Source: an uncultured Alphaproteobacteria bacterium (GTDB lineage Bacteria > Pseudomonadota > Alphaproteobacteria > Rickettsiales > CAIJLX01). Taken from it: a stretch of 64,000 bases of DNA. Below, one piece after another: positions 17,040 to 27,681 of this stretch (the first letter of the stretch is position 1; each line of letters starts with the position of its first letter). The DNA is taken from NCBI GenBank assembly GCA_903821695.1, contig CAIJLX010000027.1, forward strand, positions 1,006-65,005. The letters run 5' to 3'. The notes beneath the pieces were generated by a model that was given only the letters and a program-made list of their open reading frames with translations, searched no databases and was not told the DNA's origin. The translations under genes were made by a program, and so were the position numbers.

Positions 17040-17629
17040 AAAAATTAGTAGTTGGACTTTTATTATTAGCATTCGGACAGGCACAAGCCGCCCCCGCAAC
17101 GCCGCAACAAATTGCCTTTGCGGAAGAATACCTCAACAGCCTCAAAACCATTGTTTCAGATTTTATTCAGCAAGCGCCAAGTGGTGATGTCAGTACGGGC
17201 ACCTTCTATCTCTCTCGCCCGGGAAAATTGCGTTGGCAATATAATCCACCCGTGCCAATTTTGATTGTGGTGAATAAAGGTACGGTCGCTTATTACGATG
17301 CGGAACTCGATGAGATTACCTATTTAAGTGATAAGGAAACGCTGACTTCATTCCTGACCCGGCCGGAGATTAAATTTTCGGATGTGCAGATCGTAAACGC
17401 TGAATCAGAAAACAAAGCGCTGCGGATTACGTTTGCGCTTAAGGATAAGCCGGACGATGGTTCTATGACGCTCGTATTTGAGGAAGCGCCCTTTTTATTA
17501 CGCAAGATTGAGCTGACAGATGCGGCAAACAACCATACTAGCATCAACCTAAACAACCCAAAATTCGGCGTTGCGATTGATGACAAATTATTTACATTTA
17601 AGAATCCACGCTATAACAAAAAGAGATAA
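17036..17629 (+). CDS. lolA: outer-membrane lipoprotein carrier protein LolA
   Basis: Signal peptide (GTG start, MKKLVVGLLLLAFGQAQA) and the GTFYLSRPGKLRWQY motif. Position immediately after ftsK is conserved. Confidence 0.8.
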   Translation: MKKLVVGLLLLAFGQAQAAPATPQQIAFAEEYLNSLKTIVSDFIQQAPSGDVSTGTFYLSRPGKLRWQYNPPVPILIVVNKGTVAYYDAELDEITYLSDKETLTSFLTRPEIKFSDVQIVNAESENKALRITFALKDKPDDGSMTLVFEEAPFLLRKIELTDAANNHTSINLNNPKFGVAIDDKLFTFKNPRYNKKR

Positions 17630-17631
17630 TT

Positions 17632-18117
17632 ATGCCAAGTTTCGACATCGTTTCCAAAACCGATATCGCCGAAGTTGATAACGCTATTAATGGCGTAAAA
17701 CGTGAGGTGGAGAACCGCTATGATTTCAAAGGTTCCAAAATTGAAATCGAGCGCAAGGATGAAGAAATCAACTTGCTGGCCGATAGCGATTATAAATTAA
17801 AAGCATTGCAGGACATGCTCAAAACCCACTTTGTGAAACGCAAACTAGAACCAACTGCTTTGGATTTCCAAAAAGAGGAAGCAGCTGCCGGCCAATCCAT
17901 GCGCCAAGTGGTGAAGATCAAACAGGGTATTGATCAAGACACAGCGAAGAAAATCGTGAAGCACATCAAAGATACAAAAATGAAGGTGCAGGCTTCTATT
18001 AAGGGTGATGAAGTACGTGTTGAAGGCAAGAAGCGTGATGACTTGCAAGAATGCATGCAAGGTGTGCGCACTATGGGCCTAGAACTCCCGATACAATACA
18101 CTAATTTCCGGGATTAG
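17632..18117 (+). CDS. yajQ: YajQ family cyclic-di-GMP-binding / nucleotide-binding protein
   Basis: MPSFDIVSKTDIAEVDNAINGVKREVENRYDFKGS is the canonical YajQ N-terminus. 161 aa. Confidence 0.9.
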   Translation: MPSFDIVSKTDIAEVDNAINGVKREVENRYDFKGSKIEIERKDEEINLLADSDYKLKALQDMLKTHFVKRKLEPTALDFQKEEAAAGQSMRQVVKIKQGIDQDTAKKIVKHIKDTKMKVQASIKGDEVRVEGKKRDDLQECMQGVRTMGLELPIQYTNFRD

Positions 18118-18690
18118 CAGCACGTCGCGCGCCAGCGGAATCGTGATTTCGCGGCGGGTGGCAAGGGCATAAGCATCCAGCTTGGTGATATATTCGGTGA
18201 TGGCGGTATAGCTGCGCTCAATGCGGCTAGCGATATAACTTATTACATCCGGCGAGACCTTAAGCTGCCTATCGGCGCATTGTTTGGCGAGTAACAATTG
18301 CAACAACTCTTCATCCGGCGCCTGAATCTTCACCTGTAGCATTCCTGCCAGACGTGATTGCACATCTAGGGTTTTGAATTTGAGTTGGCTGGGCAGCGCA
18401 GTCGCGGTGCAAAGTAGTTTCGTATTTTCTTCTCTTGCACGATTTAGCAGGTGAAATAATTCTTCCTCATTGCTGGCATATTGCTCCACATCATCAATAG
18501 CGATGCCCTGCCAAATGTATGCTAGGTGCGTTTTACCGCAGCCTTTTTCGCCATATATATATAGCCCAGTTGCCGCACCCCATTCGCCGCTTTGGACGAG
18601 CCTATAGGCTTCTTCATTCGCGCTGGATACAAAAAAATTCTCCGCCGCGTAATCTTTTTTCAAAGGGTAAGATAAGGGAATTTGCGACAT
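18079..18690 (-). CDS. hda: DnaA regulatory inactivator Hda-like protein
   Basis: A short AAA+ protein with GEKGCGKTHLAYIW and a C-terminal ...RREITIPLARDVL, as in Hda/HdaA. Convergent 39-nt overlap with yajQ. Confidence 0.7.
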   Translation of the reverse strand: MSQIPLSYPLKKDYAAENFFVSSANEEAYRLVQSGEWGAATGLYIYGEKGCGKTHLAYIWQGIAIDDVEQYASNEEELFHLLNRAREENTKLLCTATALPSQLKFKTLDVQSRLAGMLQVKIQAPDEELLQLLLAKQCADRQLKVSPDVISYIASRIERSYTAITEYITKLDAYALATRREITIPLARDVLLIPEISVLYREF

Positions 18691-19730
18691 TAGTTTTTAT
18701 AGTACTGACTCTTCATATACTGCGCAGTCAGAAACTTAATCAGCACACCGAAAATTGCAGTCGCGGGCACGGCGATCACCACACCTAAAAAGCCAAATAA
18801 TGTGCCACCTGCGAGCATACCGAAAATAATCCAGACTGGGTGTAAACCAACCTTATCGCCGACTAATTTTGGCGCCACAAAATTACCTTCGAGCACCTGC
18901 CCGGCTATAAAGATTGCCGCTACGGTTAGCACACCTTCCCAGCTTTGGAACTGGAACCACGCAACAATCAGGCCAATCGCAGAGCCAGCGATCATCCCCA
19001 CATAAGGAATGAACGTAGCAATTCCAGTGAGGAAACCAATAAGCGCCCCGCCTTCTAGGCCCATCATACTTAATGAAATAGTATAAAATATGCCAAGCAA
19101 AAGGCAGACCTGGGTCTGGCCACGAATAAATCCGGAGAGCGTTTTATCCACCAACGATAATTGCTGCTTAATCACGGTAAGATGCTTGCGTGGCAGCAAT
19201 GTATAAACCCGCGCAACCATCACATCCCAATCACGCAGGAAATAAAACGCGACAACCGGAGCGATAAAAATAAGCGAAAGCAAGTTGATCAGCGCAAAAC
19301 CAGATTGCATCACGCCTTTTATAAAATCACCGACAAAACCTAGAATGGTGATGGAGGTGTTCTGCAGACCCTCTGTGATTTTTGCCGTAATATTCGGGTC
19401 AAGGCCTTCTAGCCAATGGTTCACCTGCGGTATCAATTTTTTATCATTGATCAGTTTTGGTAAAGCAGTGAGGAGTGATTCCAGCTGCTGATATAATATC
19501 GGCACCAATATAATCAGCGAAATGGTAATGATGCTGAAGAAAATAGTGGTGATAACCAATGTCGCCGTTTGACGAGAAAGGCCATATTTTTCCAGCCGAT
19601 ACGCCAATGGATCAAGAAAATAAGCAACCATGATGCCCAGCACAAAAGGCAGCAAAATTGCCTTCACGAGCGTGAGGAAAATTAAAATGCTGAAACCTAA
19701 CATCGCCCAAAACGGCCATTTCTTTTTCAT
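18690..19730 (-). CDS. AI-2E family transporter (PerM/YhhT-like permease)
   Basis: About 8 TMs, with the typical C-terminal PYVGMIAGSAIGLIVA...GQVLEGNFVAPKLVGDKVGLHPVWIIF. Confidence 0.8.
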   Translation of the reverse strand: MKKKWPFWAMLGFSILIFLTLVKAILLPFVLGIMVAYFLDPLAYRLEKYGLSRQTATLVITTIFFSIITISLIILVPILYQQLESLLTALPKLINDKKLIPQVNHWLEGLDPNITAKITEGLQNTSITILGFVGDFIKGVMQSGFALINLLSLIFIAPVVAFYFLRDWDVMVARVYTLLPRKHLTVIKQQLSLVDKTLSGFIRGQTQVCLLLGIFYTISLSMMGLEGGALIGFLTGIATFIPYVGMIAGSAIGLIVAWFQFQSWEGVLTVAAIFIAGQVLEGNFVAPKLVGDKVGLHPVWIIFGMLAGGTLFGFLGVVIAVPATAIFGVLIKFLTAQYMKSQYYKN

Positions 19731-20791
19731 TCTGCTACCTTGCGTAATACCAGATCATCACCTTGTTGGATGAGCTCTAGTTTTTGTTTATCCAATACTT
19801 CCTGGAACTTGCTATAAGGGCCAGTATATTCCACCTCAATAATAGCCCGCCGCACACTAAGCTCTTTCAATTCCATTGAGGAAATCAGCGGCACAGAATC
19901 CAGCTTGCTACGCAGCTCTAACCAATCTGGGCCATTTTCAAGCGCGACAATAATCTTAATTTTTTTGCTCGAAAAAGCCTCTAACGGGCTCCAGCGAGTG
20001 CTCCATTGTTCAATAATTTTCTGCTTTAAGGCAGCAACCGATTGAGTCCAGAAGTCACCCGTCGCATCCAACTGCTGTTGAAACCCAACCAGATTGGCAA
20101 GCGTTGGTGATGGCCCAACCGGCTCTAAACGTGTTACCAACATTTTTCCGTTTTCTACAAAAAACGCCTCAGCGACCATCACTTCCCGTGCGCCATATTT
20201 ATTGGCAAAGGCAAGCAGAGCATCATATTTCTTTGCCTTTAAATCCTCCGCCGTAATTTGCTGCACATCTTCCACATCACCCATCGGTACAATCAAATTC
20301 ATTTCGGAGGGCGCATTGAGCATCACCCGCCAGGATTTGCGCCATGGGTTTTCCGGGTCCCACAGGATAGGCTTGTCACCGCTGGTCAAAATCGGGAACA
20401 CCAAGATCGGCGGGCTTTTAACTTCCAGCACATCGACATTATATTGGGAGAGCAATTCCTTAATCTGGCCCTCATCATAGAAAATATTGAACCGGCCGAT
20501 ATATTCATTGCCGTTAATTTTCTCTTCCGTGATCTCGAACGATTTCACCATCGCCGCGATGCCTTGAGGCGTTAATTTCGGCAAGGCTTTGCGGGCATTC
20601 GGGTCTGTCATGCGGTTGATGAGCAGGTTGTAGCCTTGCACTTGCGCATCCTCAATTGCCAGGTTTCGCGCAATTGTGGGCGAATCTGCCGCCTTGTCGG
20701 CGTAGATATTATCGATCACGAAAACATCCGCCGCCGAAGAAGGCAAAGCAAAGAATAGCAGGAATAATACCAAAAAGACTTGCATCACCAT
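19727..20791 (-). CDS. secreted protein, DUF2066-like (recall-based)
   Basis: Signal peptide [10 protein letters not shown]. The position between the AI-2E permease/hda and a divergent purM matches the arrangement I recall for DUF2066 proteins. No catalytic motif. Confidence 0.45.
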   Translation of the reverse strand: MVMQVFLVLFLLFFALPSSAADVFVIDNIYADKAADSPTIARNLAIEDAQVQGYNLLINRMTDPNARKALPKLTPQGIAAMVKSFEITEEKINGNEYIGRFNIFYDEGQIKELLSQYNVDVLEVKSPPILVFPILTSGDKPILWDPENPWRKSWRVMLNAPSEMNLIVPMGDVEDVQQITAEDLKAKKYDALLAFANKYGAREVMVAEAFFVENGKMLVTRLEPVGPSPTLANLVGFQQQLDATGDFWTQSVAALKQKIIEQWSTRWSPLEAFSSKKIKIIVALENGPDWLELRSKLDSVPLISSMELKELSVRRAIIEVEYTGPYSKFQEVLDKQKLELIQQGDDLVLRKVAE

Positions 20792-20832
20792 TAGGATATA
20801 CCGTAAACCTTGCCCACCACAACAGGTTTAAA

Positions 20833-21882
20833 ATGTACAAATCAAACCGCCCAACCACCTATGCCCAAGCAGGCGTTGATATCGATGCCGGCGAAGCGTT
20901 GGTCGAACGCATCAAACCCTTCGCGAAAGCCACAGCCCGAAAGGGAACTGACAGTGCTTTGGGGGGATTCGGTGGCCTGTTTGACCTCTCGAAATTGGGC
21001 TATAAAGAACCCGTTTTAGTTTCCGGCACCGATGGCGTCGGCACCAAACTCAAAGTCGCCCAAACAGTTGGCAAACACGACACGATCGGGATTGATTTGG
21101 TCGCGATGTGCGTCAACGATATCGTCGTACAAGGTGCAGAACCGCTGTTCTTTTTAGATTATTTCGCCTGCGGTAAACTCGATGTTGATGTCGCCGCTCA
21201 AGTCGTCAAAGGCATTGCAGAAGGCTGTAAATTGGCTGGCTGCGCCCTAGTCGGCGGCGAAACAGCGGAAATGCCAGGTATGTATAAAGTGGGCGAATAT
21301 GACTTGGCGGGGTTCACCGTCGGCGTTGTTGAGAAAAAGAAAATCCTCCCTCGTGGAGATATTAAAGCGGGCGATGTGGTCATCGGTCTTGCTTCCAGCG
21401 GCGTGCATTCCAATGGTTATTCATTAGTGCGTTACATCATCGAAAAAGCAGGCCTTAATTACAATTCCCCTGCCCCATTTGCGAAAAAGAAAAAACTTGG
21501 TGAAGCGATCCTCACACCCACAAGAATTTATGTAGCCTCCGCCCTCAAAGCGATCAAAACTGGGCATATAAAAGGCTTGGCGCACATCACCGGCGGTGGC
21601 TTGACTGACAATTTGCCTCGCGTATTGCCCAAAGGTATCTCGCTAAAGATCGATCCAAAATCTTGGAAATTACCCCCCTTGTTTAAGTGGCTTCAAGAAA
21701 CCGGCAATATCGATCAAACGGAAATGCTGCGTACATTTAACTGCGGAATCGGCATGGCAGTTATCACCAAGAAAGAATATGCTAATAAAATTATAAAAAT
21801 ACTCGAAGCATCGGGCGAAACCTGCTTTATCATCGGTGAAGCGATCGCCAAAAAAGGTGAGTCGGAGGTGGTTTATTCTTAA
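20833..21882 (+). CDS. purM: phosphoribosylformylglycinamidine cyclo-ligase (AIR synthetase)
   Basis: [29 protein letters not shown] and [10 protein letters not shown]. Start moved to the ATG at 20833, because the track ORF start at 20656 overlaps the divergent gene. Confidence 0.95.
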   Translation: MYKSNRPTTYAQAGVDIDAGEALVERIKPFAKATARKGTDSALGGFGGLFDLSKLGYKEPVLVSGTDGVGTKLKVAQTVGKHDTIGIDLVAMCVNDIVVQGAEPLFFLDYFACGKLDVDVAAQVVKGIAEGCKLAGCALVGGETAEMPGMYKVGEYDLAGFTVGVVEKKKILPRGDIKAGDVVIGLASSGVHSNGYSLVRYIIEKAGLNYNSPAPFAKKKKLGEAILTPTRIYVASALKAIKTGHIKGLAHITGGGLTDNLPRVLPKGISLKIDPKSWKLPPLFKWLQETGNIDQTEMLRTFNCGIGMAVITKKEYANKIIKILEASGETCFIIGEAIAKKGESEVVYS

Positions 21883-22465
21883 GGTCGGCGTACTTATTTC
21901 CGGTCGCGGATCGAATCTACAGGCACTCATCGATGCCTGCGCCACCCCCAATTTCCCCGCCAAAATCGTTGGCGTCATTTCCAATAAAGCTGATGCCTAT
22001 GGGCTGGAGCGTGCCAAAAAAGCTAACATCCCCACTGCTGTCATCCCACACAAAAACTATGCTAGCCGTGAAGAATTCGACCTGGCTGTTCATGCGCAAC
22101 TGCTTCAAATGGGCGTAGAGTTTGTCTGCCTAGCCGGATTTATGCGCCTAATTTCACCTTGGTTTGTTAGCCAATGGCCAAATAAAATGATCAACATACA
22201 CCCTTCATTGCTACCTTTATTCAAAGGTGCACATAGCCACCGCGATGCGCTTGCGGCAGGCGCAAAAACGCATGGCTGCACGGTGCATTATGTGACGGAT
22301 GAAATGGATGCCGGGCCGATTATTTTGCAAGCTTCTGTACCGGTTTTAGCCGGAGATACAGAAGAAACGCTCGCTGCTCGTGTATTGGAGCAGGAGCACA
22401 TCTTATATCCGGCGGCGCTTAAGAAAATCGCGATCTCCCTTGGAGGAGCGCAAGCGAACGACTAG
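21836..22465 (+). CDS. purN: phosphoribosylglycinamide formyltransferase
   Basis: [27 protein letters not shown] and [17 protein letters not shown]. The start is uncertain: GTG at 21836 or GTG at 21857, both overlapping the end of purM. Confidence 0.9.
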   Translation: MKRSPKKVSRRWFILKVGVLISGRGSNLQALIDACATPNFPAKIVGVISNKADAYGLERAKKANIPTAVIPHKNYASREEFDLAVHAQLLQMGVEFVCLAGFMRLISPWFVSQWPNKMINIHPSLLPLFKGAHSHRDALAAGAKTHGCTVHYVTDEMDAGPIILQASVPVLAGDTEETLAARVLEQEHILYPAALKKIAISLGGAQAND

Positions 22466-22517
22466 CGACCGACCGGGAGCGCAGCCACCTAGCGGCGCTT
22501 GAGCGACACTAAAAATC

Positions 22518-22940
22518 CTAGGCGAAGATTTCTCTTTCAGCGAAGAAGAAGGAGATTTCGCGTTTTGCGGCTTCTAGGCCATCAGATCCATGAACAGCGT
22601 TTTCGCCGATGCTTGCCGCATAGAGTTTACGGATGGTGCCTTCAGCAGCTTCTTTCGGGTTGGTTGCGCCCATGATTTCGCGGTTTTTCGCGATGCCGTT
22701 TACGCCCTGCAGCACTTGCAGAACCACTGGACCAGAGACCATGAACTCTACCAATTCTTGGTAAAATGGACGCTCGCGGTGTTCATAATAGAACAGGCTT
22801 GCTTCACGACGGCTCAAATGCGCCATTTTCTGGGCGACGATTTTCAGACCGCTTTCCTCAATCACAGCGTTGATTTTACCTGTGAGATTTCTTTTAACCG
22901 CATCGGGTTTCAGAATAGAAAGTGTGCGTTCGATAGCCAT
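22518..22940 (-). CDS. ndk: nucleoside-diphosphate kinase
   Basis: [15 protein letters not shown]... and NAVHGSD (active-site His). Confidence 0.97.
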   Translation of the reverse strand: MAIERTLSILKPDAVKRNLTGKINAVIEESGLKIVAQKMAHLSRREASLFYYEHRERPFYQELVEFMVSGPVVLQVLQGVNGIAKNREIMGATNPKEAAEGTIRKLYAASIGENAVHGSDGLEAAKREISFFFAEREIFA

Positions 22941-22998
22941 AAATACAACCTTTAGTTTGTTAGAGTGGGTAGGGTTTTAGCGAGATAACACCCGTTAA

Positions 22999-23442
22999 TC
23001 AAGCAGCTTTTTTCCAGCCGCCGTTTGATTCCTGCTGCCAATAGGTCAGCGCATGCCCGGCATCCTTAAGCGTTTTCCAGCGTGCGCGAGCTTCGGCCAG
23101 TTCAGCCGCATTCTGACCATTAAACATCACGAGCACACGTGAGAAATCTTCAAAAATGCTCGAGCCTTCGAGCACGATTAATACATCGGCACTAATCGGG
23201 TTTTCTTCCGTCACCGTTAAAAAGATCGGCGTATGCTCGGTATCCGCATCTTTTTTCGCGGTATGAGGGATGAATTTCGTGTGCCCGGCAGTCCATAAGG
23301 ATTGATCTAGCAGCGTCAATAATTCCTGCGATTGCATCCGCACCACCGCCTTTTTGCAGCTCGAAATCACCTTATCCAGCAATGCTGGCAAAGCTTTTTC
23401 GACCGGTAAATGTTCAAGGTGATAGAAGGAAATGTCTGTCAT
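22999..23442 (-). CDS. holC: DNA polymerase III subunit chi
   Basis: SFYHLEHLPVEKALPALLDKV...LDQSLWT...FIPH pattern. Located downstream of pepA. Confidence 0.85.
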   Translation of the reverse strand: MTDISFYHLEHLPVEKALPALLDKVISSCKKAVVRMQSQELLTLLDQSLWTAGHTKFIPHTAKKDADTEHTPIFLTVTEENPISADVLIVLEGSSIFEDFSRVLVMFNGQNAAELAEARARWKTLKDAGHALTYWQQESNGGWKKAA

Positions 23443-23882
23443 TTTGTTCCCCGTTTTCTCAAGGGCGGCTTGATGTCCAAATACTTGTTGAAATAGTTGG
23501 GTAAGTCAAGAGTGGTAAAATAGAGCATTAGCTCTGATCGCTTTTTACACATTTCCGGATCAAGTCCGGTTAGGAGGGTATTAGGGCATTCCCGAAGCTC
23601 CCCAACTTTTTCATAAAATGCTTCCTCTAGCGACTCGATTTTCTTGTCAGTAAATAATTTCCTAGATTCACTTCGCAACTTATCAAGTTTCCCGATGTCA
23701 CAATTTTTCCCTTGCTGTAAGAGTTTTCTGGCTTCCTCAAGATCATCGTAGTGTTTTTTTCTGCGATCATAGAGTCCCCAGCTATACTGACGCCAAGAAA
23801 AAAACCACCACACTACAGCACCAAATCCCATTGAAAACCCTACATTAATAGTGCAATGAACCGAAGAGCAATCCATCCGCAA
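23439..23882 (-). CDS. hypothetical protein (about 130-147 aa): N-terminal TM plus charged helical region
   Basis: Its TGA overlaps the holC ATG (ATGA). It fills the pepA-holC junction. No family recognised. Start ambiguous (M1, M3 or M18). Confidence 0.5.
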   Translation of the reverse strand: MRMDCSSVHCTINVGFSMGFGAVVWWFFSWRQYSWGLYDRRKKHYDDLEEARKLLQQGKNCDIGKLDKLRSESRKLFTDKKIESLEEAFYEKVGELRECPNTLLTGLDPEMCKKRSELMLYFTTLDLPNYFNKYLDIKPPLRKRGTK

Positions 23883-23900
23883 TTTGTCCTTTTAAATAGC

Positions 23901-25391
23901 TTATTTCTCCAGACCTAATACCAATTCATTTAGCAAACGTACGCCAAATGCGGTCGCACCTTTCGTGCAGAAATCGCCGTCTTTGGAGGCCCATGCTACA
24001 CCCGCGATATCCAAATGTGCCCACGGGGTTTTGTTGACAAAACGCTCCAGGAATTTGGAAGCAGTGATGCTGCCTGCACCTTTTTCGTTGCCGATATTTT
24101 GTACGTCGGCGATTACGGAATCAATCTGGCGGTCATAGGCCTCATCGGTTGGGAAGCGCCAGAGTTTTTCATCCACTGCTTTGCCAGCTTTTGTCAGTCT
24201 ATCGCACAGATCATCGCTATTGCTGAACAAGCCCGCATAATGACGACCGAGCGCAATGGTGATTGCGCCAGTTAATGTAGCAAGATCAACGATGAATTTT
24301 GGCTTGAAGCGATCTTGCGTATACCAAAGTGCATCGGCCAATACGAGTCGGCCTTCAGCGTCGGTATTTAAGCATTCAATCGTCTGCCCGCTCATCGTGT
24401 GCAGAATATCGCTTGGGCGGATTGCATTGCCGTCAGGCATATTTTCCACTAAACCAACCACACCAACTACGTTCATTTTTGCTTTACGGCCGGCGAGTGC
24501 TTTCATCGCGCCGACTACTGCGCCAGAACCTGCCATGTCATATTTCATATCGCCCATGCCGTCGGATGGCTTGATCGAAATACCGCCAGTATCAAACGTG
24601 ACGCCTTTGCCCACGAACGCGACTGGCTTATCGGCTGGTTTGCCGCCTTTCCATTGCATGACAACCAAGCGAGATTCTTTCGTGCTGCCTTGGCCGACGC
24701 CGAGCAATGCGCCCATGCCGAGCTTTTCCATCGCTTTGCGATCGAGAATTTCGACTTTCACGCCGAGTGGCTGAAGTTCCTTCGCGATAATTTTTGCGTA
24801 GCTTTCCGGGTAAATAACATTCGGCGGCTCGCTTACGACATTACGGGTGAGGTAAATGCCATCCGCCACTTTATCGAGAATTTTGAATTTATCTTCCGCT
24901 GCTTTGGTGTTGGTCACCAGCAACGTGAGTTCTTTGAAAGTTGGATATTCGTCAGCCTTCTTCGTCGTGAAATATTTATAGAAATGATAGGCTTTCAGTT
25001 TTGCGGCATAAGCAATATGCGCCGCCACTTCTTCCGCCGAAAAATTACCGAGCTTTTCTGCGAGCACTGCTGCTTTGGTGAAGCGATGTGCATTTAAGGT
25101 TGGAGCAATCGTGCCGCCGATGCGTTCGATGTTGAGTTCGGATTCTTGATCTTTTGGACCGCCAACGCCCACGAGGATAATGGCTTCGAGGCCAGTGTTC
25201 GCTGGAGAATAGACAACTAAGTTCTTGCCTTTTTTGCCGGTATATTGCGCGGCCTTCATTGCTTTTTTCAGCGCACCGCTGGTGGTTTTATCAACGGATT
25301 CGGCTTGAGCAGAAAGTTTGCCGCCTTCAGAAACGAGAATGGCTAAAATTCCAGAATTCGGTATCGTTGCTTTGCTAAAAGTAAATTTCAT
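23901..25391 (-). CDS. pepA: leucyl aminopeptidase (M17)
   Basis: VGKGVTFDTGGISIKP and NTDAEGRLVLAD signature motifs. Confidence 0.95.
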   Translation of the reverse strand: MKFTFSKATIPNSGILAILVSEGGKLSAQAESVDKTTSGALKKAMKAAQYTGKKGKNLVVYSPANTGLEAIILVGVGGPKDQESELNIERIGGTIAPTLNAHRFTKAAVLAEKLGNFSAEEVAAHIAYAAKLKAYHFYKYFTTKKADEYPTFKELTLLVTNTKAAEDKFKILDKVADGIYLTRNVVSEPPNVIYPESYAKIIAKELQPLGVKVEILDRKAMEKLGMGALLGVGQGSTKESRLVVMQWKGGKPADKPVAFVGKGVTFDTGGISIKPSDGMGDMKYDMAGSGAVVGAMKALAGRKAKMNVVGVVGLVENMPDGNAIRPSDILHTMSGQTIECLNTDAEGRLVLADALWYTQDRFKPKFIVDLATLTGAITIALGRHYAGLFSNSDDLCDRLTKAGKAVDEKLWRFPTDEAYDRQIDSVIADVQNIGNEKGAGSITASKFLERFVNKTPWAHLDIAGVAWASKDGDFCTKGATAFGVRLLNELVLGLEK

Positions 25392-25456
25392 GATTGCCCT
25401 CTGTAGTTTAAATTATGATCGCATGCGTGATATGTAATATACATCATCAATAAATG

Positions 25457-26524
25457 CTATGGTGCTTTTTTACAAAAATATCCTTTTCGTCCTTTGTACT
25501 TTGGATGATCAGAACAATCACTATAGCCGCCTGCAATAAGATGTACGCCTAAATTACGTTCTGTTTGATTAAGCCAGAAATTTTTATTAAAAATCAAAGA
25601 ATTTTTAGGAACGTCTCGGGTAAACAGAAATGACAGTGCTTCACCCCCAACCTCAACACTACGAACACCCAATAAAACAGTAATGTTTTCTCGTACATCT
25701 TGCGATATTTCATTTTTTGCTGCTTCTTCTGCATCCTTAATTAACTCAGGATCATTGTTTAGCCACAGGAGAAAATTTTCATCACCATTTAGATTCCTTA
25801 AAATGAATGGGCTGTCACATATAAATGTGACGTGATTTCTGCTGGGCGCCATTAATAAAAAATTCTTCTTAAAGTATGTATCTATAAATTTTCCACCAAG
25901 ATTAGTCCTGGCCGCCTCCATGGCTGCATCATACGACAAACAAATAGAGCCATGACTACTTGAAGATCCCTGGTTGTACATATTTTTGCTAAGATAGCTG
26001 TACTCGAGATCAATAAATAGTTGAGCTTGATTTTCACCAACTAAATCAAACTCAACTTGCAGACCGACGGGAGATTTGCTGCCCCATTGATAAAATGGTG
26101 TTTCTTTATAATTTTCTATTCTTATTTTATCCATATCAATCGGGACTAGCTCTTCTTCAGCAGCCTTCTTTTTTTGTACCTTTTGATAGTCACCAATCAA
26201 AAATGGAGATGCAATGAGGGCAGGCAAAATGGAAAAAGGAATAATAAACTTACCTAGTTTTTTTCGAGTTATATTTTGAATATCTGGAAACTCTGACTTC
26301 AACCAATCAGATAGCGCAAAATAAATAAGTATAGCCGGAAAAATCCCGAATAAAATAATGCCGTGCAACTGCGTTGGAACAGCAAACATCATCAGTGCCA
26401 TAGGAAATAAAATTGGTTGTACTATCTCCAATAACAATAGGAGCGGGTATTTATATCCCATAAAATAGGAAAGTGCCGTCAAGAATAGGAGAGCAAATAA
26501 TCCACGATAAATATATTTTTTCAT
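25457..26524 (-). CDS. hypothetical membrane-anchored protein, 355 aa
   Basis: About four N-terminal TMs, then a ~230-aa soluble domain ending in a basic, Cys-containing tail (SDCSDHPKYKGRKGYFCKKAP). Visibly more AT-rich than its neighbours by eye. No family recognised. Confidence 0.55.
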   Translation of the reverse strand: MKKYIYRGLFALLFLTALSYFMGYKYPLLLLLEIVQPILFPMALMMFAVPTQLHGIILFGIFPAILIYFALSDWLKSEFPDIQNITRKKLGKFIIPFSILPALIASPFLIGDYQKVQKKKAAEEELVPIDMDKIRIENYKETPFYQWGSKSPVGLQVEFDLVGENQAQLFIDLEYSYLSKNMYNQGSSSSHGSICLSYDAAMEAARTNLGGKFIDTYFKKNFLLMAPSRNHVTFICDSPFILRNLNGDENFLLWLNNDPELIKDAEEAAKNEISQDVRENITVLLGVRSVEVGGEALSFLFTRDVPKNSLIFNKNFWLNQTERNLGVHLIAGGYSDCSDHPKYKGRKGYFCKKAP

Positions 26525-26568
26525 CTTGCTCTAAACTGCGCGTGAACTTAAGTTATTGATATACCTAA

Positions 26569-27681
26569 ATGAAAAACTATAGCAAATATATTATAGCGCG
26601 GGTTGCTGGGCCACTGACATTTATCACGCTCGGATTCACCGGCCTTGCCTGGCTTACGCAGAGCTTGCGTTTCGTCGATTTGATTGTGAACCGTGGCTTA
26701 GGCGTCGGCATGTTTGTCTATCTTTCCTCGCTGCTGCTTCCTTCGCTAGTTGCAATCATTCTTCCGGTTGGATTGTTTGTGAGCGTCGTCTTCGCGTTTA
26801 ATCGGATGACGTGGGATAGTGAGATGATTGTGCTTTCTAACTCGGGCCTCAGCCGTTGGCAGATTATGAGGCCTGTAGTCACCCTTGCACTTATCGTCAT
26901 GATGATCGGCTATAGCATCGCGTTTTATGTAATGCCTGCCTCGTATCGTAAGTTTAAAGATATGCAGGCCTATATCCGCGATAATTATGCATCGGTCTTA
27001 TTACAAGAAGGTGTGTTTAATACGATGATCGAAGGCGTCACGGTTTATATTCGGGCGCGAGATGATTCCGGATTGCTCAAAGGGATATTGGTGCACGATA
27101 GCCGCAACCCAAAAGAGCCTATCACCATGATGGCGGAACAAGGTCAGCTGTTAAATACCCCTAGCGGTGCGCAATTTTTATTGATTAACGGCAACCGCCA
27201 GGAAATGAATACGATCGAAAAACAAGTCTCGATCCTCCATTTCGATCGTTATGCCATGGAACTCAGTATGTTTAATGCGAAGCCTTCCGCCGCCCGTGCG
27301 CGTGAGGCCGAAGAGCGTTATTTGCCGGAGCTGCTTTTTCCGGAACCCAATATTGTGCCTTCGCTTGCTACGCGGCTGAAGGTTGAATTAAATAACCGAA
27401 TTTTGTGGTCTTTCTCTGCCTTGTTTTCAGCAATACTTGCTTCTTCTGCCTTTATTGGCGGGCAATATAACCGGCGTGGGCAGTGGCGGCGGGTGTTGAT
27501 TGTCTCTGTCGCTTGTGCGGCTTATTTTATCTCACTCTTATCGCTGATTAACGCCTTAAGTGCACATGTCTATGCCATTGTCGGGGCCTATGCTTTTGTG
27601 CTGATTTCCTTGGTGGGCAGTTATCGCCTCTCGACTGCGCATAAGCCTGTAAAACGCCAAAAACGAGAGAGCACAGAATGA
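26569..27681 (+). CDS. lptF: LPS export ABC transporter permease LptF
   Basis: YjgP/YjgQ-type permease (6 TMs around a periplasmic insert). Divergent from pepA and followed by lptG. Confidence 0.88.
   Translation: MKNYSKYIIARVAGPLTFITLGFTGLAWLTQSLRFVDLIVNRGLGVGMFVYLSSLLLPSLVAIILPVGLFVSVVFAFNRMTWDSEMIVLSNSGLSRWQIMRPVVTLALIVMMIGYSIAFYVMPASYRKFKDMQAYIRDNYASVLLQEGVFNTMIEGVTVYIRARDDSGLLKGILVHDSRNPKEPITMMAEQGQLLNTPSGAQFLLINGNRQEMNTIEKQVSILHFDRYAMELSMFNAKPSAARAREAEERYLPELLFPEPNIVPSLATRLKVELNNRILWSFSALFSAILASSAFIGGQYNRRGQWRRVLIVSVACAAYFISLLSLINALSAHVYAIVGAYAFVLISLVGSYRLSTAHKPVKRQKRESTE

Noticed and set aside
20656-20832. N-terminal extensions of track ORFs (purM from 20656, rplM to 44367, rpoH from 46653, ybaB to 11244, ftsK from 14799, gmk to 34896)
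   Set aside because: The extensions lack homology-like sequence, overlap neighbouring genes or promoters, and internal ATGs give canonical N-termini. The starts were trimmed accordingly.
25432-25444. Near-palindrome ATGTAATATACAT upstream of pepA as a possible dif (XerC/D) site
   Set aside because: Only the AT-rich centre vaguely resembles dif. The flanking XerC and XerD arms (GCGCATAA, TTATGTTAAAT) are not present.
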